From positions 5,332,001 to 5,396,000 of the forward strand of contig JBITNC010000002.1 of the NCBI GenBank assembly GCA_050084985.1: 64,000 bases of DNA, in the 5' to 3' direction. Made by a program: the position numbers and the translations under genes. The stretch is from Nageia nagi (lineage: Eukaryota > Plantae > Pinophyta). Position 1 is the first letter of the stretch. Each line of letters begins with the position of its first letter. The notes beneath the pieces were generated by a model. It was not told where the DNA came from. It ran no database searches and saw only the letters and a program-made list of their open reading frames with translations. Below, in pieces: positions 1 through 12,897 of the stretch.

Positions 1-395
1 ATCTCCTTATATAAACTCCAACCTTAATCTTGCATTGACCCGTCTAAGCTAATCTAAGCCATTGATTGGTCTTATTACAAATAAAAGTACTTAAAATAAT
101 ATTAGAATAACATAAAAGTTTATTATAATTCAACATTGCACTTTTAAGTAAAAATCTACTAAGTTAAGTGGATTTTTGTGTGTAGGTGCGATATGGAAGA
201 CTGGTCCGATTGGCGAACTTCAAGTAGCCATAACTCTTTCATTTCTTATCCAAAAGGGGTCATGTGACCACTTAAAACAAATGCCACGGATGCTCTATCC
301 AATTCTGAAGGTGCAACGACCATATCTGACTTGTAGGATAAAAGATTTGTGGAAAATCCCAAATGCAAGATATTCTTAAAAATAGGGTCATTACA
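1..395 (-). mobile_element. LTR end (truncated by window edge) inserted into an old integrase
   Basis: Ends in GGGTCATTACA at 395 (TGTAATGACCC on minus, the same terminus type as the solo LTR at 17678). Integrase sequence AFHP.. starts immediately after. Confidence 0.6.
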
Positions 396-1221
396 GCCTT
401 TCATCCATAAATATATGGACGAATTGAGGTGATGAATAGGATAATATATGATTCTTGGGTATTATAGTAATCATTTGAAGACTTAAAATAAGAAACTCAT
501 CGACATACAATATTCATACAATAAGGAAGTCCATACTTCGACTAGTAAGACTCCATTTGAGATGTGTTTTAGGTACCTTCCACCATCATCATTTGATTAT
601 AGTTTTGGGGAACAAGATGACTATGATCAAGCATTCTTAAAGGACAAGGAAGAGAATGAAAATTTTATTAAGAAGATTTAACATGTTTACATGAAGGTAC
701 AAAAGCACTTAAAGACAACCAAGAAAGTGTAAGCTAAGGCATGAACATAGAGTTAATCATAAATTCAGAGTAGATGACAAGGTATGGTTATGTCTCAAAA
801 AGGAGAGATTACAAGGTCAAGCTAAGAAGTTGAAGCCTCTCCAGTATGGACCATTTGGTATCATTGACCAAGTAAGTAAGAATGTCTTCAACTTGAATTT
901 GCCTACCTATATGCAAATTTATTTGATGGTTAATGTGGACAACTTGAAGTTAGATGAACTAATTGTGATAATAGAAGATGTGAGATAAGTTTTTTCATCA
1001 ATTGATGATTTATCTTAGGTATAATGAAAAAACTTGAGTAGGATTCAACCTTGTAAAAGAAGGTTCATACCACTAGAAGAGGATAATAAGAAGTTCAGTT
1101 GATTGGTATAAAGGGAAACTATCAAATAATGTGAAATAGTATGATAGAACAAAGGTTGATGAGTTTTTTCTTCACATCACTTAAAAGTGAAGCTTTTGGA
1201 GATCAAAATCCTCCTTAGTAA
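396..1221 (+). pseudogene. Degenerate CRM-like Ty3/gypsy integrase 3' region
   Basis: Translates with stops to AFHP*IYGRIEVMNR..HSYN..STSKTPFEMCF..HKFRVDDKVWLCLKKERLQGQAKKLKPLQYGPF, colinear with the integrase C-terminus of the 42109-44562 ORF. Confidence 0.8.
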
Positions 1222-3854
1222 TGTTGGAATCTAATAAGACTATGTTCAAGTGATAATGCAATAATAAATAAATCATAAGAAAATGGTACCACATAACAAA
1301 GAGATTTACCTTGGTTCACTTGATTTAGACTACATCTAGCAAGAATAAGGAGCGTCAACTCCTTCAAATTGTATTGTCAATGCTTTGTACAATCAAGTAA
1401 ATCCACTTCTAGATCATACAATGTAAAATCATATGTTCAACCACATCACATCCAATTATCTCCACACAACAAGCATAATAAAATCTACATATCACAAATT
1501 TGGTGATATAATCCTCATGTTATACCACATGAGATCTCCATGGTCTGTACATCAATGCTATACCACACTCAGCACTATACCATGCTCCATGAACCATGAT
1601 CCATGCACCAAGGCATATAAACTTCATGCATCAACTACTAGACTGCAATCCATAATACATGATCTAACATGTGCTCTCATGCCCAAACTAGGACATACAC
1701 AATCATCCCATTATGGGATCCATCCATATCCATTGCATCTATCGTAACATGCATGCCATATCCACATGTGTATCAAGATCCACATACCATGTCTCCCACA
1801 CATAGCATGCTCACACACAATATGATTTGTCACATTCATATTATGTGATCAATCTTAATACCAACATGAAAGACACAGTATCACTATGTGCCATGCCCAA
1901 ACCTTAAGCATACTTGATCCTCTCTAGGATACTCCATCATGCTCTTCCATGTCCAACCCAGGGCAAAAGCATTGATCCAAAGGATTCTTTATGTATCCCA
2001 TACTACCATATTTATAGGATAAATCCATCCTAGTATTATAATACCATTTATATAAAACCATGTGCTAAAACCACTTATTACATTTTGTCTAATTGTCTCC
2101 CCCTAAAAAACATAGCTTCAATCCCTACAAAACTAGTCAACTTCCATAAGTCATAACTTTTTATCCACATATTTGTTTGGCATACTATTAGAATAGTTGG
2201 AAAGGTCTATATGTGTAGAATTTGCATACAAAATTTCATCCCATTTGGAGTAGTATAGGACCTTAATTTTTCACCTACACCAAAATGTAGCTATACAAAA
2301 TATTTCTTGCAAATGATGAGACACACATAATAATATTCGACATGTTGAATCCTTTGCAGAGAGAGAAACCAACCCTAATAGCTCACCAATCCAACACATA
2401 TTTTTAGAATTGAACATAAATTTACTCAGAGCTCCCACTCCATTATAATCACTAGTATGATCTAAATCACACATCAAATATTTGTAACATTCATCTAAGG
2501 ACACAAATATATTTGCCTTAGTAGATTTAGAAGATCCATCAATAATCTCTATTCTTAATGATTAACCACCATTAATCCTTCCATATCCATTGCATAAGGC
2601 TCCCACTTGAACATAGATCTCTTTCAAAACTTAGTTCTCCACCAGATCTAACACACCAAGATCAAATCCTAGATCTTACACATGAAGATATGAATCAAAC
2701 ATAAAACTCTTGCAATAAAGGCATCCCTATATTTCCTGCATTTAAGCTTTGATACCACTTGTTGGTATCTAATAAGACTATGTTCAAGTGATAGTGTAAT
2801 AATAAATAAATCACAAGAAAATGGCACCACATAATAAAGAGATTTACCCTATTTTACCCGATTTAGGCTACATCCAACAAGAATAAGGAGTGTCAACTCC
2901 TTTAGATTATATTATCAATGCTTTGTATAATCAAGCAAATTCACCTTCAAATTGTACAATGTAAAATCACATGTGCAACCACAACACATCCAGTGATTTC
3001 CATACAACAAGCATCATACAATCTACATATCATAAATTCGTGATATAACCCTCGTGCTATACAATATGAGATCCCCATAGTACGTACATTAACGCTACAC
3101 CACACTTAGCACTATACCATGATCTATGCACTAGGGAATATAAACTCCATGCATTAACTACTATAATGTAGTCCATGATATATGATCTAACATGCACTCT
3201 ATTTCCCAAAACAATATATATGCCATTATCCCATGATGAGATCCATGCATCTACCTCAACATGCATACCATATCCATATGTGTATCAAGATCCACATACC
3301 ATGTCTCCCACACATAGTATGTTCACACACAATATGATATACCACATTCATATTATGTGATCCATGTCAATACCAATATGAAACACACTATCACCATGTG
3401 TCATGCCCAAACCTTGAGCATACTTGATCCTCTCCAGGATACTCCATCATGCTCTTCCATGTCCAACCTAGGGAAAAAGCATTAATCCAAAGGATTCATG
3501 ATGTATTACACACTACCATATTTATAATATAAATTCATCCTAAAACCATATAGTAGTATTACAATACCATTTTCACAAACCCATGTGCTAAAACCACCTA
3601 TTACATTTTGTCTAATTGTCTCCCCCTGAAAAACATAGTTGCAATCCCTATAAAACTAATTAAATTGCAGAAGTTATAACTTTTGATCTAGATCTCTCGT
3701 TTGCATGTTCTTAGAACCGTTGGAAAGGTCTAGATGTGTAGAATCTACATAAAAAATTTCATCCCATTTGAGTAGTATAGGACCTTCATTTTTCACCTAC
3801 ACCAAAACGTAGTTGCACATAATATTTCTTGCAAAGGATGTGACACACCCAATA
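1222..3854 (-). mobile_element. Non-autonomous LTR element: two ~1.1-kb LTRs (1222-2332, 2760-3854) around a 427-bp interior
   Basis: Direct repeats beginning TGTTGG(A/T)ATCTAATAAGAC; PBS TGGTATCAAAGC (minus, 2746-2757); 5-bp TSD AGTAA at 1217-1221 and 3855-3859. Confidence 0.88.
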
Positions 3855-3863
3855 AGTAAGATG

Positions 3864-4189
3864 TGATCTAGAATGATCATATGCATGTGAATAAACATAG
3901 TTTATGGAGGATACTTGATGAAAAGTTTATTCTTAAGTGTTGTATCACTCATGGGTTATATGAATTTTTCTTATACTAGTTAAAAAATTATTCAAATTGT
4001 GAAGCACATAACTTTTGTTTTATAAAGAAATCAAATTGTATTCTTCTTATAGCATTATGTAAATGTGTAAATAAATAGATATAGTATTTTTATTAATGTG
4101 GGTGTGGATTTCTTGTCACGTTCATTACTATGTTTATCTTTAAAACCATATCTATTGATCTAAAGTATAGAAAGATGAGCATTCAATCA
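3864..4189 (+). mobile_element. Probable 3' LTR of the old CRM-like host element
   Basis: Starts TGATC right after the PPT remnant and ends ..AATCA, matching the TGAT..ATCA termini of the CRM element at 41503. The right boundary is approximate. Confidence 0.45.
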
Positions 4190-6400
4190 TTGCAAAGCAT
4201 AGAGAAAGGTGACTTACGTTCCAAAGTTTTATTTTAAGATCAACATGTGGAGGTCCACAAGGAATGAGAGAGTTTACAATACCTACAATGGAGGGAGCAT
4301 GGAAATTAGCAAACTAATGAATACTCCATGCTTAATGGAAATGATGTTTGTAGACAATATGCAATCATGGAGAATGGAAAAAATGATCTCATAAGGATGC
4401 AGTCTTAGTTGATAGCTGGAGTGGAGTACGTAGAGTCTCCAAAGATAAGTGGACGGAGTCTAGTGATAAATGGTGAGTGATGGAAAGTCTCCACAATGTT
4501 TGCATGGGTGGAACTACATCATCAGCAAGAGGTTAACAACATAAGTAGCGCTCGAAGTATGTGATGGCAGTTCATCCACGGTAATTAATGGATAAAGAGA
4601 AATCCACTATATAAAGGGCTATTTTTATTTTGTGTAGTGTTTTGTACAGTTTATTATAACCCTAATACAGGGCTTTGCATAGCATAAAGTGGATAACTAT
4701 GAAGCTAGTGATGAATCACATTAGAGATTAGGAGAGGATCTTCATTTCTTAGGCGTTTAAGAATGGTTAGGGAAATCACTTGTAGATCTTGTCCTACTAT
4801 TTCATAAAGCATGATTTGTATATTAGGTATATAGTTAGAAGAAACAAAAGTATAAATAGTAAATGAAATTTATTATTTATAATTAAAAAAAATATTTGAA
4901 AAAGTGTGAGTGGATGTGTTTGTCCCCCTTCACACATGTATTATAGATTACTAATAGCATGAATGGTAAAGTTTTGAAAGTTGTTAGAAGTTTGTAAAAG
5001 GTTGAAAGAAGGGTACCAAAAGCTTGGTTAGATGTGTTTGTTCCCAACCACATTTGGTGAATGTTCATGATTGGATGTGTATCCCTCCAATCATGATGGT
5101 TGTAGACAAATGTGTTTGTCTCTATCCTTTTTTAGTTGTGACAATGTCCAATCATTATTATGGAAGTTACTATTAAGGGTGGAAGTTTCCAAAACTTCTT
5201 TTGTTATTGGTTGGATGTGATGGTAGATTCCTAGACAATATTACACATGATGAGATGGTAAGTTCCCAAGTCATTACCACGTGAAGCATAAAGGTAGCAA
5301 ATGCCTAGACACTGCAACATGAGGATTGAAGTTCAATAAGTCTATTACCATTGAAGACGGCTTGAAGATTGGTGAGCCCATTATTGGTGAGACATAAATA
5401 ATGTTGATGTAATGATAAATATAAGGATTTTTCATAAGAGGACGGTATTAGAAATATTATAGGCTGATATAGTAGGTGTTAGATTTATTAGTATTTTTAA
5501 TATGTTGGGTTGAACTCTAAATTTAATAGATTTTAGGATACGTGATATTTTTAGTATGTTCTTATAACAACTTGATCAAAGATTGGTATTTTATTCTTGT
5601 CATGTATCTTCCTATTAATATGAAGTAATAAGTGAATAGTCTTGTACTCCAATATCTTCTAATACCAATTGATGCAAATGATACACAATTATCAAGGTCT
5701 CTAAAATAAATTTCCAATTATATATTACATGACCATATTTGGATAGGATTTGACCTCAATTTTTGTAGCTTTTATCCAATCATTGGACTAACAATAATTG
5801 CACAATGAATCTCAATCGTTGGATATGTAATGATTGATATTTTAAGTCATTTTGGGTGGACCTAAAAGATTCTAAATAATCATTAGACATGTAATGATTC
5901 ATCCGAATAATCATTGGGACAACAACGGTTGAGTTGAGATACATTTTTAAGGAAGAGAAATCCCAAAAGGTCGATTTTATGAGGGAAAATGAAGTCCAAA
6001 AGACATACTTGACAAGTGAAAAGATAGAGGGGGCTTCTTAATATCCATAAGGATTTGATTAAAGGGGCTTTTAGATTAGTTTTTGTTGAAATTTTATAGG
6101 AGTTGGTTAGGAGTTGATATTGGGCAATTAGGCCTACTAAGGTTGTAAACTTCATTTTTTTTAATCAAGAACATTTCCAAGAGATCTTTGATATTGGATT
6201 CTATCCAATATTAGGGTTTTTCCACTATAAAATTATTGATTTTACACATTTCATATTGTAAAGTTTGGTTTGGAAGCATTTTTTGATAAACACAAAATAA
6301 AATTGAGAAAATAATTAAAAAATAATTCATCATTTATGACTTCATGCCATATGATATCCTTATCATGGAAGATAGTTAACTCCCTATTGAAAGTGAATCT
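4190..6400. repeat. Highly decayed LTR-like fragments
   Basis: TATA-like motifs (CACTATATAAAGGG ~4606, CACTATAAAA ~6222) and a recurring TGTGTTTGTCCC motif at 4915-5125. No clear termini. Confidence 0.3.
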
Positions 6401-6753
6401 TTAAGATATATATTTTATACAAAAAATAACAAAGTTAGATCCTCTTAGGCTACTGGTACTCACCTAACAAACTTGTATAACTCATCAACAACTTAAAAGA
6501 GGTTGGCTAATTTTTTTATAAGTGGCTTAATTTTTAGGGTATACATATTAACATTACCCCTTCAAATAATGATAAAGTAAAATTACATATTAAAAATAAA
6601 GTAACTCAAAAATTAAGAAGTGACGCTAATATCAAGATAAAAGAAAACTAGCTTACTATAAAAACATCATTAATCCAAATCTTGAACATCCATCTTATCC
6701 ACATAAGATTATTAGTCTTAAAAAGAAACTTGCGATCGTAAAATTAAGGACTA

Positions 6754-9700
6754 TGTGATGATCCAAAATGCAACTCAGGCTCAAACTAACCAATTCGGAC
6801 CATCAAACCTTGATGTTAAGCCTAGGTCATAAAATACAAGTAAACACACCCTCAAATATACAACGTTAGGGTTAGGGTTACAATATCAAACGTGTAACAT
6901 CCATTTACCAACGTTTAGCCAATACATGCAATAATTAATGTATAATACTCCACAATGCTAACGTCTGGCTAGAACAAGTATAAATAAGAAATAATACCCA
7001 ATGCATGCACAAGAGTGATATAAACAATGCCCTTGGCGGTATATTGAATGTATAATGCTTCACAAATACAATACCAAGTCCTCAAGGACTGACGTTGGCC
7101 TCCAAGGAGCCAACTAGGGCATAGCAATGAATATCCTCTCTACTAGAATAATCCTAGAACCATGGGATAGTATGTTCCCTCAGAATTTGATTACCCTCCA
7201 TTGAAGGAGTCCTCCTCAAACCCTAGATAACCACTAAAGGTAGAAGCATAAATCGAATGCCACCGGATGGGCAAGGGTGTTGTGCCAATTTTGTAGATAG
7301 ACATGACCCCTCATCCTAAATTCCCTCCTAAGTGTTGCACTTGGGGAGATTGCTTAGCATCGTTAAGACTTGTTGTCCTTTGGATGGAATGCATGTAATA
7401 ATAATAATATGTATATCTAGTAATGAGGTTCCAATGTCTATTTATACATTAGCTCTATCTGGATCTCACCTAGGAGTCATCACCTAGCTCCTTTAATCTA
7501 ACATGGATGCCTAGGGGTTAGGCATGCCAACATAGGGAGCCAAACTGCATTAAGTACCAACATTGAGTCCTAGGTGTACCATGCATTCCCACGTGGGTCA
7601 AGGAGTCATGCGTGGGAATCCTGGTGTCCAACTTGGCTAATGTGGGGGTGTGGGTGCCTCCTCAAGACTGGCATGAGTAAATAATGATCCATCCATCACC
7701 TAAATGTAGCTATAGATCTTGGGATTCCCATAACCATGATCAGAATCTCCAAGTACATAATAAATACATAATCTATCCTTAGGAGGGATACATCCCACTT
7801 GGGGCTCATAGTGGGATCCATTGATCCATTAAGTCTCTTATTCTAAGTTACAATTATGAAAGTGCAAGTACATAAATAAAGTATATTACAAAGAAGAACC
7901 TTTCGGACCCATTAACAGAACAAGGGGATGTCACAAAGCCTCCCCTTTGGAATTGCTTGCCTTCAAGTAATGGCGAAAGACTACAACATATTGTCTTCCA
8001 AGAATCCTTCAATCTTGGAAGCTAGTGTGTGTGATGGTGAAATGTAACTTCAATATTCCTCACCCAAGGCAACCATCTAAGGTGCATTCTGTATCCATGT
8101 GTTAGTGTAATTGGAAAACACTTTGATTTTTTGTAATTGTAACTCCTCATCAGATGTTCCAGAGTTGTCCTCCATATATATGAGAGTGTATGCATATCAA
8201 TGCAAATGTGTACCTGTAAGAACTTTAAGAAAATCATGTGAGTGAAAATAGGTAGAGCCTTTGATCCAAGTGTGAGGTCAGTACTCCTCAAAGCTCAACA
8301 TGGAATTCCCCAATCTTCCCATGGCCAGTGTGAAGCAAGAGACCATCTCACCCTCCAACATAAGATATTCAACTGCCAGTTGAACTCTCATCATGAAAAT
8401 AGACCCCTCTAGGTCCAACGTATCACCACCCAACTCAAGATTGCTCCATGAGGGGAATGCAACCTCTCTCATGCCCAACTTCAAGTAGCCATCATTACTA
8501 GTCCTCAACATAGCATACCTAGCCTCCCCAAGACTCAACGTAGGGTGCCTAGGCCCAAAATAGCTTGACATAGTATGCCTAGCTCTATAGGTTCCTAACG
8601 TGAGCTGTTCAACTCTCGTAAGACTCAACGTGCGATGGCAATTCCCCCAAATACCCAACATAGTGTGAGACTTCCTTCTAGGGCCCAACGTTGGATGTCC
8701 CACTCCCTCAAGACTCAATGTAGCCCTTACTAGCTTCCTGAGCTGTGATGTGGAGCATGAAATCCCTCCAATGCTCCCCATTACCTATCGTCTCTTCTCC
8801 ATTCTAAATGTGACCTCATCTTCACCTTTCTCCTTCTTTTGACACCACTCAATCACCTCCAGTCTCTCATTGTTCACTTATGGAAAATCATCTCTGATCC
8901 CATGCAAGGTGTGAGTCTTCCCATCTATTTTAAAACTCATTATGAGTTTCTGATAGTTGTGTGTATATAACCCAAGTCAAATAGCCACTACACTCCTAGA
9001 ATGATATGAGGATGCCCCTTCAAAGGATAGATGTAGAAGTCTTCTATCACCGTACAACTATGCAATCTCACATCAAACCTCTCAACGATGTGGTACACCA
9101 ACGTGAGCTTCCCATTGGCATTGGAAACCCTGAATCCCTCAAACCCCTTGTTATTCAGGTTCTCCTTAGTAAATCTTGCATCAATGAAGTTGTAAGATGC
9201 TCCTGGAACAATCAACACCATCACATCTTGTCCACCTACTTGTCCTACAATCTTCAATGTGAGATACTTTTTTACCCCATGCAGTGAAGCGATCATGATC
9301 CCTAACATGCCCTCAACTCAGGGTGAATCCTGATCTAGGGTATCTAACCCAATCTAGGTCTAAATCACTTGACTCACCTTTCGAGAACACCTCTATATAA
9401 TGCACTTGCCCTTTCTGTTGACATCAATGCCCTAACTCCCAAGTCTTCTTATAGTAGAAGCATTTGCTTTCCTCTCTTAACTTCCTCTATATGGCTATGT
9501 CCAACTGATTTGTTCTATGAAGAGGGAAGGGTTTACCCTTGCTAGGCTCTTCTCTATTTGTAATCGGCTTTCGGTTGATGGACCCCATGTGCGTTTGCCC
9601 TCCCTTGATGGATTTTATTATGGTCTCGAGGTCATATGTTGCTCGGATAGAATCATCAAGGCTCTTAGGGGAAGATACCTTGACCATCCCTAACAACGAC

Positions 9701-11652
9701 TCCATCAACCACTCAATGTATAGGAATATCAATCTTTCCTTCGGTATATGGTGTATCATGATGATAATCCTCTGAAACTCTATCACATAATCGTCCACCA
9801 TACTGAACTACCTCAACAAAGTAAGATCTCGAAAGTAGTCATTTTCCTCCTTCCTATCAAACCTCTTAGCCAACCATCTAGCAAACTCATCAAAGGAAGT
9901 GATGAGAGAATACCCTTGGTTAATCATTCCATGCTACCACCACTCTAAAGCATCTCCTTTGAAATGCAATGATGCGAAATGAATTGTATCCTCTTCCACC
10001 ATGTTTGGACTTAGGGTGAAATAAGTTTGCAACTGATGTCATTATGCCCTGGCCATCACGTTCTTTCCATCAAACATCTGCACCTGCATCTTACTGATCT
10101 TATGCTGCAAGTCCTTCTTGTCATCCCTTGAACTGCTAAAATTGTGTGGGCCATGTGAACTGCTTCCCTTCAACCCTAAGATCTCTAGATATTCGTTGAA
10201 ATTCATATCTCCCCTCAACCTTGGTTATAACATGGAATATTCTTTAAAGATATGACTTAACTCTAAGGGGCCAGGAACTCTACTCTTTGTCAATTCCCTG
10301 AACTTCTACGCAAACATGGGCTTGAATGGTTTTGGAATAATTATCTACTCCTCTATCCTACCAACGTCCTCCTCCAGGTATCTCCCTAAGAGAGGGTTTG
10401 TACCTTGAGGTGTACGATGTGTGTGGGATCTCAAGAATGTGGCCTCTGGCTATCCCATCGACCCATGGTGGGTTGATTTTCGATTCCTTAGTCTTCGAGA
10501 TCTCCTCATGCTTGGCTCCTGATCTATCCGATCCTCCTCATATGGCTTCTCTCTATCATATTGGGTATGACATGGGGCCTCTCTATCACTCCTAGTGTGA
10601 CGTGGGGTCGCCCTCTCATCTCGGGTGTAATGTGGTGCCTCTCGATCATCCTTAACATGATGTGGGTTGGTATGTTACCTCTCAAGCTCCTCACAGACAC
10701 CAAAATTATTGTCCATCTACCATTGCATGGATGTCATCACTTCGATTATGCTGTGGATAGCCAAAATGAGCTCGTCAAATTTTCATTCGAGGGTGGATTC
10801 TCGAATTGGAGTTGAGCTCCTCCTCTTGAAGGCTCTTTATCTCTCTCCCTACGTCTCCTCTTCATCTCCAAATGTTCTCTCATTTGGCAACTCATTCATC
10901 CATGGCCATGAATCATCCTCATGGATGGCTCTTTCAGGCACCTCTTAAGTGTGTGATCTTTTGATTTTTGTAGCAGAGGCCATCTCTCTTCGAGTGTTGG
11001 ATCTGGTGTAATAGTGATGTACCATAGGTCTCATGCATAGGTTGTCCAGATCCAAGCTCTAATACCACTTGTGATGATCCAAAATGCAATTCAAGCTCAA
11101 ACTAACCAATTCGGACCATCAAACCCTAATGTCAAGCTTAAGGCATCAAATACAAGTAAACACACCCTCAAATATGCAATGTTAAGGTTAGGGTTACAAT
11201 ATCAAATATGCACAACATCCATTTACCAATGTTTACCCAATATATGCAATAATCAATGTATAATAGTCCACAATGCCAATGTAGGGGGCAAAGTGCATTA
11301 AGTGCCAACATTGAGTCCTAGGTGTGCCACACATGCCGACGTGGGTCAAGGAGTCATGCGTAGGAGTCCTGGAGTCCAACTATACCCCTAGCGTGAGTAA
11401 ATAATCATCCATCCATCACCTAAATGTAGCTACAAACCTTGGGATTCCCACAATCATTATCGGGATCTCCAAGTACATAAAAAATGCCTAATCTATCTTA
11501 GAAGGGAGATGTCCCACTTGGGGCTCATAGTGGGGTCTATTGACCCATTAAGTCTCCTATCCTAAGTTACAATTATGAAAGTGCAAATACATAAATAAAG
11601 TATATTAAAAAGAAGAATCTTTTGGACCCACTATCTAAACAAGGACATCACA
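6754..11652 (-). mobile_element. Non-autonomous Ty3/gypsy LTR element with gag and protease only
   Basis: LTRs 6754-7935 and 11070-11652 (TGTGATG..TCACA); PBS TGGTATTAGAGC at 11056-11067; PPT AAGGGGAGGC next to 7935; TSD GACTA/AACTA (1 mismatch). Gag remnant (9487-9801 ORF) and protease remnant (VLIVPGASYNFID..IILGV, 8988-9308). No RT, RNase H or integrase core. Confidence 0.85.
8285..8730. repeat. Degenerate 30-bp tandem array inside the LTR element
   Basis: CAAC(A/G)T-like core recurs at 8506, 8536, 8566, 8596, 8626, 8656, 8686 and 8716. Confidence 0.75.
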
Positions 11653-12419
11653 AACTAATTAACATGAATTTCATACTAGAACTGGTAGATGGATAATAGT
11701 TAAAAACACCTTGGGATAAAAGAACTTGTAAGATTTTTAACCTAAATGCCATAAAAGATGAAACTCTCTTTTTTTTGTCCACTTTATAAGGACATCAAAC
11801 AAACTTATAAAAATATTTGTAATTATAACTTGATCGATGAATTTTTAAATCAAGATAACCAAAACAAGCTTGGGGATATTATTGTACATCTTAATTCTTT
11901 TAGAAATACAAATTCAAATACATAATTGATCTATATTTATTTCTAGACAAACTTTGATAAGTCCTACAAACCATTGGGATTAAAAGAATGATATCTGAAT
12001 AAACTTTGATAGGTCCTACAAACCATTGGGTTTAAAGGATGTTAAAAACCATCATTCACTCATTTAATATTGCAAGAAATCTTAAATATGTAAATCTAAA
12101 AGTTGTATTTGAGGACCCAAAAAGACATAATCTACTGGAGATTACAAATCAAATTAAGCTTAAAAATAATAAAATTAATTACCTATACAACATGCACTAA
12201 ATCCCATAGTAGGCAAGTTGTATATAATTAATCGATGCATGAGTTATCTATTTAGTAGGGATAATTGATTGTAATAATGTACAAGAAAAACCTCCTAAAA
12301 AGACTCTTCTAAATCTAATCTATTAAGCCAAATATAAGAAATGACCAAAAAACCCAACCTCCTTATATGGAGCCGTTGTGTAAAAAATAACACAAATAAG
12401 AATTTGATATTCTAGACAA

Positions 12420-12897
12420 ACTCTAAAATGTAAATGTCAAGATAGATCGATCCATTAGGGATATTCTCATCTATAGTAAGGTTTTGAGTAATCTGTACAT
12501 AAAGAAATTAGAAAAAAGAATATGGATCCAAAAGCCATTCATACTAGGCTAGTTAGTTGATCTTATGCTTGGACATGCTACTATTTCTAAATGTTCATAT
12601 CTTTGTGTTATTATAGTCAATTTTTGTGTTAGAGGGATACAAAACCAAAATGTGCTTATTGCTTTAAGGGTTGCAATCAATGTCATGACTAAGGCCATAA
12701 TGGATCACTTACATTTACAAGGCCGAAGACCTACTCCTACGATCTTACAAATGGAAAACCAAACCATTATTACATATAAAGGGGTAGTAGAAAATATTAT
12801 TATTTCAATGGAATCATGGGCATATGCCATTGATTTTATAGTCCTTCAACTTAATTCTTGCTTAGGAGATTGTCCCATGATTTTGGGAAGACCATGA
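12420..12897 (+). pseudogene. Degenerate Athila/Tat-type gypsy aspartic protease fragment
   Basis: NVLIALRVAINVMT..PTPTILQMENQT..KGVVENIII..SWAYAIDFIVL..PMILGRP matches the DLGAAINVM..LQLAD..DF.VL..ILGRP pattern. Confidence 0.75.

Noticed and set aside
6864-6882. TTAGGGTTAGGGTTTA telomere-like motif (similar at 41731-41760)
   Set aside because: Only 2-3 units inside LTRs; common telo-box-like motifs, not an interstitial telomere.
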